Source: Octopus vulgaris (Eukaryota). Taken from it: DNA of 64,000 nucleotides. Location: contig OX597817.1 in the NCBI GenBank assembly GCA_951406725.2, positions 168,640,001 through 168,704,000 on the forward strand, in the 5' to 3' direction. Under the pieces are notes generated by a model that was given only the letters and a program-made list of their open reading frames with translations, was not told the DNA's origin and did no database searches. Position 1 is the stretch's first letter. Each line of letters opens with the position of its first letter. Shown here in pieces: positions 53,421-64,000 of this stretch. The translations under genes and the position numbers were made by a program.

Positions 53421-54624
53421 TATAAGCATGTTTGTATCTAACCTGGCCTTGACTTCGTGTGTTAGTTGTAAACAAATGTCACCATCATACCAGCAGTGTC
53501 ATTTATTTGCAATTCTTTTGTGAAAACATGTCTGTTCATTGTGCTTGGTAAGTCTGGAGGACTATGGGAAATATCAGTTTGTTTGGCAACAGGAAGAACA
53601 TCTAGTGAGAATATCTGCAACAAGAAGTTTTCTATGAAAGCATAGAAAAGTGGATATTGAAACAATGATGACAATGGTGATGATGATATGTATATTTATC
53701 TGTTTTAGTAGAGACTATGAATGTGTATGTTTGTATGTATTGAATGTGATATATGTAATATTATATTATATTCTCTTGTGAAATTCATTGAGTTCTCTCA
53801 TGTATATAACCCATTTTCAATATATACACACACATTAATTGTAAGTTAGCATAATATTAATCATTCATTTATTCATAGCACCATTCTAAGATTATATAGG
53901 ATTTTGTTTCTCTTGGCAACACTTTTCCATAATGTCAACAATATCAGAATTTATGCCTTTAAAACATATTGTGATTCTCATTGTATCAACTATTCTTCGA
54001 GTTGGAAAATATTTTAGAAATTCTAAATTGTGAATGATTTTGTTGTCCAGCTTCAGTTATCGATTTTTCCCTGCTAAAGAATCCATAAGGATAAAATTAA
54101 ATTGGTTCGGAATATTTATATTTCTTGTTATAATGAATTAATACCATTATCATCATTGTTGTTATTATTTTAATATCTTGTATGAGTCAGAGGAAATTCC
54201 TCGAAACAGATTTTCTTTGGTTAGATGCTCTTCCTGTCACCAACCTGTACATGTTTCCAAGCAAGGTAATATTTCTCCTAGTTCTTTGAACACAGCACAA
54301 TGGCCAGACATGCTTCCATGAAAGATTACAAATGACATTGCTTGTAAGAAGGTGATGCTTGCACGCTGCTAACATGTTACGCCAAGACAAAGAAACACAC
54401 ACACACATAAATGCATGTACACACATACACATACAACAGCTGGAGACATAGCTGTGTAGCTGTGAAGCTTGCTTCTTGACCATGTGGTTTTGGGTTTAGT
54501 CCCACTGCATGACATCTTGGCTAAGAATCTTAATCTCAGGCTAACCAATGACTTCTGGGTGGAATTGGTAGACTGAAACTGTAGAAGAACCCATCATATA
54601 AATAAACACACACACACACACGTT

Positions 54625-55103
54625 GACAGAGCAGCTAACCGGCTTCCGTGCCAGTGGCACATAAAAGGCACCATTTGAGTGTGATCGTTACAAGCGTCGC
54701 CTTACCAGCACTTGTGCCCTATGCTAGTAGGGTGCTAAGAGCACCATCTGAGCGTGATCGTTGCCAGAGCAGCCAACTGGCTTCCGTGCCGGTGGCACGT
54801 AAAAGGGTACCATTCGAGTGTGATCGTTACCAGCGTCACCTCACTGGCACCTGTGCTGGTGACATGTGTAAAAAGATTTGAGCGAGGTCATTGCCAGCAC
54901 CGCCTGACTGGCCCCCATGCTGGTGTCACATAAAAGCACCCACTACACTCTCGGAGTGGTTGGCGTTAGGAAGGGCATCCAGCTGTAGAAACTCTGCCAG
55001 ATCAGATTGGAGTCTGGTGGAGCCATCTGGTTCGCCAGTCCTCGGTCAAATCGTCCAACCCATGCTACCATGGAAAGCAGACGTTAAATGATGATAATGA
55101 TGA
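54625..55103 (+). mobile_element. Family D variant with alternating repeat units
   Basis: GTGCCRGTGGCAC units, AGGAAGGGCATCC, (GAT)n tail. Confidence 0.82.
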
Positions 55104-55109
55104 TTATAT

Positions 55110-56500
55110 ATACATACATACGTACGTACGTACGTACGTACATACATACATACATACATACATTCAAAATACATACATACATACACACATACATACATAC
55201 ATACATACATACATACATACATACATTCATACATACATACATACATACATACATTCATAATACATACATACATACATTCATAATACATACATACATACAT
55301 ACATACACACATACATACATACATACATACATACATACATACATACATACATACATTCATAATACATACATACATACATTCATAATACATACATACATAC
55401 ATACATACATACATACATTCATAATACATACATACATACATTCATAATACATACATACATACATACATACATACATACATACATACACACACACACATAC
55501 ATACACACATACATACATACATTCATAATACATACATACATACATACATACATTCATAATACATACATACATACATACATACATACATTCATAATACATA
55601 CATACATTCATAATACATACATACATACATACATACATACATACATACATTCATAATACATACATACATACATACATACATACATTCATAATACATACAT
55701 ACATACATACATTCATAATACATACATACATACATACATACATTCATAATACATACATACATACATACATTCATAATACATACATACATACATACATACA
55801 TACATTCATACATACATACATACATACATACATACATTCATAATACATACATACATACATACATACATACATACATACATACATACATACATTCATAATA
55901 CATACATACATACATACATACATACATACATACATACATACATACATACATTCATAATACATACATATATACATACATACATACATTCATAATACATACA
56001 TACATACACACACACATACATACATACATTCATACATACATACATGCATGCATGCATGCATACATACATACATACATACATACATACATACATACATACA
56101 TTCATAATACATACATACATACATACATTCATAATACATAATACATACATACATACATACATACATTCATAATACATACATACATACATACATACATTCA
56201 TAATACATACACACACACATACATACATACATTCATACATACATACATACATACATACATACATGCATGCATGCATGCATACATACATACATACATACAT
56301 ACATACATACATTCATAATACATACATACATACATACATACATACATACATACATTCATACATACACACATACATACATAATACATACATACATACATAC
56401 AAACATACATACGAACATACATACATACATTCATAATACATACATACATACATACATTCATAATACATACATACATACATACATACATACATACATACAT
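55110..56500. repeat. (TACA)n punctuated by TTCATAA, ~1.4 kb
   Basis: Direct. Confidence 0.98.
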
Positions 56501-57683
56501 GTGTGTGTGTGAATGTCAATCATTAATGTCATCTGATTTAAAAAGAAAACCAAAAATCAGTGACTGCTTACATTCTCCAGTAAACATTCCATGTAGTTCA
56601 GTGGATATGATAGAATCAGTGGAATGAAAAATACTGTACTGTCGAAGCAAATAGGGCTTGACTAGAAAAAGTATATGGCTATAGAAAAACTGTGTTAATA
56701 AGTTTTGTCTCGCCCATGCCAGCTTGAAAGAAAATGGATGTGAAAGTGATGAGGATGATGATGATGATGGCAGTGGGGTTAGCTTAAAAAAGATGACAAA
56801 ACTAGTTGCTGAAGAAAAGATAAGAAGATGAAGAGAAGAGGAAGTCATGGAAAAGAAGAGAGACGAGAGGAAATGTCAAAACAACTGGTGGTGCAAGAAG
56901 TGCCTCAGAGATGAAAGAGAGAGAAGTGGATGGTAGGGAAGAAAGAAGATGAGGAAGAAATGAGGAAGATGAAGAAAAAGAGAACAGGAAAATGATGAAG
57001 AAGAGATATAACAAGGTGAAGATGAGAAATGAAGTTGAAGAAGAAAGAATTAGGTGATGGTGGTAAGGAATGAGTTTGGTGTAGATAAACAAAAAAGAAA
57101 GACAATATTTCTCAGCTGTGTGTGTCCAATTCAATTTATTTGGCGTTAAACAGCAATTTTCAGTGAAATTAATGACCTACTATCCTTTAGGCGACTTACC
57201 AAACATTGCCATTCTCTTAATCTCTTCATCTATGTTCCTTCATTATCCACTGCTTCCTGATTTAAGTCAAAGCTGTAGTTCTCTCTCTGTTCTTCTTGTC
57301 TTTTTATGAGTGTTATCTGTGATTCTAGTTTTGTTATGTATTTACTAATGTTCTACCTCTGTGTAATAAGCTGCAAAGCTGTTTTCATTGATCTAATATT
57401 AACACTGCCATGCCAATGCTGTTTTAGCTAACTTGTTTCTCTGTACACACACATCTATATGTATCTAGTTGTGTCCATCATGTACATATATGTGTAATGT
57501 GTGTCCAAATGTGTGCCTGTGTATATAACTGTTCTTGTATGCGTTCTGTCTGCTTATATCTATAACTTTGTATTTGTGTCCAAGAATGTTGTATATATCT
57601 TATATACATGATAGAATAGACACAGTAAGTCAGTGGAGGAATGATAAATAACAAAGAGGTTTATGTTTCATATTCTGGCATTG

Positions 57684-58065
57684 TGGAAGCACTCCGTCGG
57701 TTACGACGACGAGGGTTCCGGTTGATCCAATCAACGGAACAGCCTGCTCGTGAAATTAACGTGTAAGTGGCTGAGCACTCCACAGACACGTGTACCCTTA
57801 ACGTAGTTCTCGGGGATATTCAGCGTGACACAGAGAGTGACAAGGCCGGCCCTTTGAAAAAATACAGGTACAACAGAAACAGGAAGTAAGAGTGAGAGAA
57901 AGTTGTGGTGAAAGAGTACAGCAGGGATCGCCACCACCCCTGCTGGAGCCTCGTGGAGCTTTAGGTGTTTTCGCTCAATAAACACTCACAACGCCCGGTC
58001 TGGGAATCGAAACCGCGATCCTACGACCGCAAGTCCGCTGCCCTAACCACTGGGTCATTGCGCCT
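57684..58065 (-). mobile_element. SINE family C, full length
   Basis: TSD TTCTGGCATTG at 57673-57683 and 58066-58076. Confidence 0.92.
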
Positions 58066-58829
58066 TTCTGGCATTGTATTATTCCCATGGCCAGCAACAC
58101 CTGTCAGCAGTGCCACTCTATGGTATGGCTCTTTGTACTGTGTTTATAACCAAGACACTTAACTGTCAATGGTCCAATTCAAGTTGTAAGCAGGTACTAC
58201 ATTATGGTATATTTCACTGTGCTGTATTCATATCCCAGATACTTAACTGTTGTACGGAGGAACCACATTGTGGTATAGTCCACTGCACTGTATCTAAGGC
58301 CAAGACACTTAATCGTTAATAGTCCAATTCACCGAATTGTAAGTGGATAGTTCCACAGTGTTATACAGGCCATTCTATTCTGTCCATGGCCAAGTCACTT
58401 AACTTTTAGTAACTTAGTCCACTTAGCTGTAAGTAGGTACCATAGTATGATATAGATTCACTGATGTTAGTAGTGACTGTAACATAGCATTGACAGATAT
58501 TTTGCTGGGTTGCAGAATAGGATTTTATTCTACTTGCTTTCTAAAATTACCTATGAGATACTAGCTTCCTATCCATGAGAGGTTTTAACTCTCATGAATC
58601 AAAATATCAGATAAGCACTGGCCCTATTAATCTTTGATTTGAAACTGGATTGACTTATTATGCAGTTATATTGAAAAATTGCTCTTTCAAATAAGATAGC
58701 ATTACTGTTTTAACTGTGCTCAGAACTCAATATAAATCTAAGTATATCCAACTTTCAATTAACATAATTTGCCATCCAATTTTCTTTTGGTATAATAATC
58801 ATTTTAGTAATTTACAGAGTGTATATCTG

Positions 58830-59154
58830 AGAGTAGAATAAAACAGGAGAGTTGGTTAAACTCTTCATTATAACATCATAAATTACATAATATTTACATG
58901 TGTTTCACTAGCATATACGAGTATGTTGTGTGGTAATCATTCAAAGACAATTGCACAGTCACCTCAGAGCAAATAGTAATTTAATCTATTGTTAATAACC
59001 AACCTCAGTAAAACAGACCTGGCATTCTAAGGCAATCATTTATGTAACAATTGTCATACAACATCCTAATATATGTTAGTGAAACATGCGTAAAGATTAT
59101 GTAGTATATGAAGTTATAATAAAGAGTTTAACCAAATCTATTTTATTTTGCTCT
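58830..59154. repeat. Fold-back element, ~325 bp
   Basis: TTGGTTAAACTCTTCATTATAAC / GTTATAATAAAGAGTTTAACCAA; related short copy at ~5955-6047. Confidence 0.78.
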
Positions 59155-59400
59155 TATGTATGTGTGTGTGTGTGTATGTGTGTATGTGTACACTAGGCAT
59201 AGGGATGAATATAGGTGCAGGCATGGTTATGTGGTTAAGAGGCTTACTTCCTAACCACATGGTATTGGGTTCAGTCCCACTGTCTTGCACCTTGGGCAAA
59301 TGCTTTTAATGATAGCATTGGACCAACCAAAGCCTCTTTAGTGGATCTGGTAGACAGAAGCTGAAAGAAATCCATCACACACACGCATGCACACACGCAT

Positions 59401-59437
<37 letters not shown>

Positions 59438-60384
59438 CTGCATGGGTGTATGTGTGTTTGTCTCCTTTTTTCTTGACATGATGCAATTGTTGTAAACGAG
59501 TTTCACTATCATACAAACTGTCTGTACCATTGGACCAAAGACAGTCTCAGGTGGTTTAAATATCAAAAGAGTTAATTGCACTTCATAACTGTTCCCTGCT
59601 TTAAGGACCATACTTCATTTTCTGAATGTTTCACATCTTTTGGAAATCTACACCTGTAGGAATGAGTTGCAACATCACTGGTGCCAAGCTGTATCGGCCC
59701 CTTTGCCTTCCCCTTGGATAACATTGGTGGCATGGAGAGGGGAGACTGGTATGCTTGGGTGACTGCTGGTCTCCCATAAACAACTTTGCTCGGATTTGTG
59801 CCTTGGAGGGGAACTTTCTAGGTGCAAGCCCACGGTCATTCATAACTGAAGGGGATATTTTTGTCTGATATAGTGTAGAACACCAGCTGATAACATCCAT
59901 GCAGTGGGATTGAACCCCTAACAACATGGTCCTAAAGCAAATTTCTTAACCACATTTCATGCCTCTGCATCTGTAATAATCATATCAATGCTCTCTAATA
60001 TTGACAGAGGAGAAATTCTGAGTAATGGTTATTTTGATTAAAGCAACTTCAGTAATTAGCTGGTACTTATTTTATCAATACTGGAAAGATGAAAGGGAGA
60101 GTTAAACCAAGTGGGATTTGAACTCGGAAAAGAGGTATGACTAAATACCCCAAGGCATTTTATTTGCTGTTGTACCTATTCTGCCAATCCCTGCATAATA
60201 TGATAATGATGATATGATAATTTGTAACATTAGCTCAACAGGAGACATTTTATGGCTAGAGGAGAGAGACAGAGAGGTAAGCTATTAAATCAAGCAGAGT
60301 ACTTGACTGGTACTTATTCCATAATTTAATGGTATCCTGATATTGTAAAATTCTCCCTGATATCAATATTTATTATCAATATAT

Positions 60385-60820
60385 CACTACCTCCACCTTC
60401 ACCACCACCATACAACTGACAGCAGTCACAGCACACCACAGCATGTCTTCTCCCCCACAATAGGCCACAGGCATAACAACACTCCACCAGCTCTGAACCG
60501 TTTCACTACACTAACAAGACACCACTGCCACCATCATCGTCAGTATGACAAGACACCACTACTATCACAACCGGCTCCACCACAGCACAAACAACCTCAT
60601 GATAACACACTACCACCATCACAACCTGCTGCCAACACTACAACAATAGCAACCACAAACTACCACCACCACCACCACCATCAGCACAACACACCACCAG
60701 CACTATAACACAAAATCATCGCTACCACCATCACCACCATTTTCACAATCTTCTTCATTGCGGGGCCCACCACCACCACCACCACCACCACCACCACCAC
60801 TACCACCATCATTATCATCA
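60385..60820. repeat. Degenerate (CAC)/(CAA) low-complexity tract
   Basis: Direct. Confidence 0.85.
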
Positions 60821-60939
60821 GAGAAAGAATAAATATATAATCTGATTATTTATCTTTGAATCAAGTTTCTCTACTCAAATTTTCCATTCTGTTTATTGTA
60901 TTTCCAATTTCAGTAAGATATTGTATAGATAAACAATGA

Positions 60940-61137
60940 ATATTATATATATATATATGTATGTGTGTGAATGGTATCATATATATATGTTTCTAAGAAT
61001 GGTATTATTCATATGTATATATGTATATGAATAGCTTTATATATATATATATGTATGTAATGTTTCTATATAATAGATTTATATATATGTATGTATATAA
61101 TAGATTATATATATATGTATGTATATATATATGCATG

Positions 61138-61176
<39 letters not shown>

Positions 61177-61255
61177 GTATATAATAGCTTTATATATATA
61201 TATGTATGTATATATAGCTATATGTATATATGTATGTATATAATAGCCATATGTA

Positions 61256-61306
<51 letters not shown>

Positions 61307-61308
61307 GC

Positions 61309-61339
<31 letters not shown>

Positions 61340-61372
61340 ATAAAAATGGTAAGACAACAAAATATTACATAT

Positions 61373-61458
<86 letters not shown>

Positions 61459-61570
61459 GCTTTATATATATATATATATGTATGTATATGAATAGCTTTA
61501 CATACATATATATATATATATATATATGTATGTATATGAATAGTTTCACACACACACACACACACATAAG
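60940..61570. repeat. (TA)n tract with recurrent AATAGCTT spacers
   Basis: Direct. Confidence 0.92.
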
Positions 61571-62087
61571 GGGAGGGAGGGAGGGAGAGACACACGAACA
61601 GCTCTCAGGGATATTCTGATAGATATGGAACAGAGAAAGCAGTTCAATGCATATCCACAGCTCTCAAGGACATACTGATAGATAAGCAACAAGGAATAAT
61701 AGAGCACGTACTCAGTTTGGAATAGGCATTCACATTTCTGTGATTAGTAAACTGATTATAACAACAGCTGTAATTGTTGTTTAGCCCTGGGTCAGCTTTG
61801 ATCCGGCAAACTTTATTATCAAAGTTGTTTCAGTTGTAACCATCCCATCTCTTAGTCAGATATAGCTTATCGAAGACTATCAATAAGTGTAGCTGAGAGG
61901 TAACATCACCAGAGACTGCTCTGCATATGAATTACAGTTATGGTAGGGTCTTAACAAATGTAATATTGTAAGTTGGAACGACTATGATCGACTCAGATTA
62001 TCTGTGTGATTAGTTGACAAAATCTTCCTCTAGGAGAGTATTTAAAAATCTAAAATCTAGCAAGGAAGATCGCTTCAGTATGATCAG

Positions 62088-62131
<44 letters not shown>

Positions 62132-62134
<3 letters not shown>

Positions 62135-62297
62135 TGCAGGAGTGGCTGTGTGGTAAGTAGCTTGCTAACCAACCACATGGTTCCGGGTTCAGTCCCACTG
62201 CGCGGCATCTTGGGCAAGTGTCTTCTGCTATAGCCCCGGGCCGACCAATGCCTTGTGAGTGGATTTGGTAGACGGAAACTGAAAGAAGCCTGTCGTA

Positions 62298-62342
<45 letters not shown>

Positions 62343-62550
62343 TTGTGTGTCTGTGTTTGTCCCCCTAGCATTGCTTGACAGCCGATGCTGGTGTGTTTAC
62401 GTCCCCGTCACTTAGCGGTTCGGCAAAAGAGACCGATAGAATAAGTACTGGGCTTACAAAGAATAAGTCCCGGGGTCAATTTGGTTGACTAAAGGCGGTG
62501 CTCCAGCATGGCCGCAGTCAAATGACTGAAACAAGTAAAAAAAAAAAGAG
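62132..62550 (+). mobile_element. SINE family A, full length and young
   Basis: Retains CpGs; A/B boxes present. Confidence 0.92.
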
Positions 62551-62872
62551 TGTTAATTGAAATTTTTGGACAGTGTGCTTAAGAAGCTCACTATACAACG
62601 GCATGATTTTGAGTTCAGTCCCACTGCAAAGCAGCTGAGACAACCGTCTTCTCTAGCACTGGACTGACTCAATGTTTTGAGGGTGAATTTGGTAGACAGA
62701 AACTGTTTGGATGCTTATTTATTTGTCTGTCTGTCTGTCTGTCTATCCATCCATCCATCCATCCATCCATCCATTCATTCATCTATCTATCTATCTATCT
62801 ATCCAATCATGTATGTATTATGTATGTATGTATGTATGTATGTATCTATCTATCTAACCATTCATTTATCTA

Positions 62873-62922
<50 letters not shown>

Positions 62923-63169
62923 CGTTCATCTATCTATCTGTCTGTCTGTGTCGTTGTGCCTGCCCCCTTCACTACTTGATAACCAGTGTTGGTTTGTTTA
63001 TGTTTTTGTAACTTAGTGGCTTGGCAAAAAGGACCAATATAATAAGTACCAAACTTTAAAAAAATAGTACTGGGGTCAATTTCTAGGTGGTACACCCCTC
63101 CCCCAGTATGGCTGCAGTCCAATGACTGGAACAAGTAAAAGGCAAAAGATAGGTAAAAGATAATATAGA

Positions 63170-63578
63170 TAATGTATTTCTTTTCTACTTTCGGCACAAG
63201 GCCTGAAATTTTGGAGGAGGGGGCCAGTTGATTAGATCGACCCCCAGTATGCAACTGGTACTTAATTTATCGTACCCGAAAGGATGAAAGGCAAAGTTGA
63301 CCTCAGTGGAATTTGAACACAGAACGTAACGACAGATGAAATACCTATTTCATTATTACCCACAAGGGGCTAAACATAGATGGGACAAACAAGGACAGAC
63401 ATAGGTATTAAGTCGATTACATCGACCCCAGTGCGTAACTGGTACTTAATTTATCGACCCCGAAAGGATGAAAGGCAAAGTCGACCTCGGCGGAATTTGA
63501 ACTCACAACGTAGCGGCAGACGAAATACCGCTAAGCATTTCGCTCCGCATGCTAACATTTCTGCCGGCTCGCCACCTT
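63170..63578 (-). mobile_element. SINE family B with two bodies; the distal body has an alternative tail
   Basis: Same AAATAG|GTATTT junction. Confidence 0.85.
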
Positions 63579-63949
63579 ATAGGTAATGCATTTCTGCCAC
63601 CACGAGGACATAACCATCAACACCACTGGTACTGGTGCCTTGTAAGAAGCACTGGTAGTGGTGCAACATAAAAATCGCTGGTGGTGGTGGTGGTGTCATG
63701 TAAAAGGCCCCTAGTCGAGTCTGTAAAGTGGTTGGCATTAGGATGGGCATCCAGCTGTTGAAATCAAGGCAGACTACTGAACCTGGTGCAGCTCCTGGCC
63801 ATGCCAGCTCCATGTCAGTTCATCCAACCCATGCCAGCATGGAAAAACGGACAGTAAAGGACGATGACCATGAAATATCACAATACCAATGCTATCACCA
63901 TCGTCATGTGCTACCAATTCCACCCCCACCTCTACTACTACTGCTACTA

Positions 63950-63996
<47 letters not shown>

Positions 63997-64000
63997 GCTA

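Overview
AT-rich, repeat-saturated animal genomic DNA with no host protein-coding exon that I can support. The SINE families and the very long (TACA)n/(TA)n tracts resemble an octopus (coleoid cephalopod) genome; that attribution is inference. Nearly all ORFs in the track are microsatellite or SINE read-throughs. The only protein-like sequence is decayed non-LTR retrotransposon ORF2 (four RTE-clade pieces, one CR1/L2-like piece). The window holds at least five modular SINE-like families, non-autonomous Helitrons, piggyBac-like, Tc1/mariner-like and Merlin-like MITEs, and many short fold-back or Penelope-like remnants. Best leads: (1) several type I hammerhead-ribozyme motifs in these remnants, one essentially perfect at 43420-43490 (-); (2) a textbook recursive-splicing (AG|GT ratchet) motif at 23668-23700 (-) in apparently unique DNA; (3) a GG-ended MITE with an 8-bp TSD that carries (CCCTAA)5; (4) a locally templated 46-bp insertion; (5) SINE bodies multimerised at one fixed junction across independent loci. 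Coordinates were read by eye; ends of degenerate repeats are approximate. Family letters A-F are my own labels.
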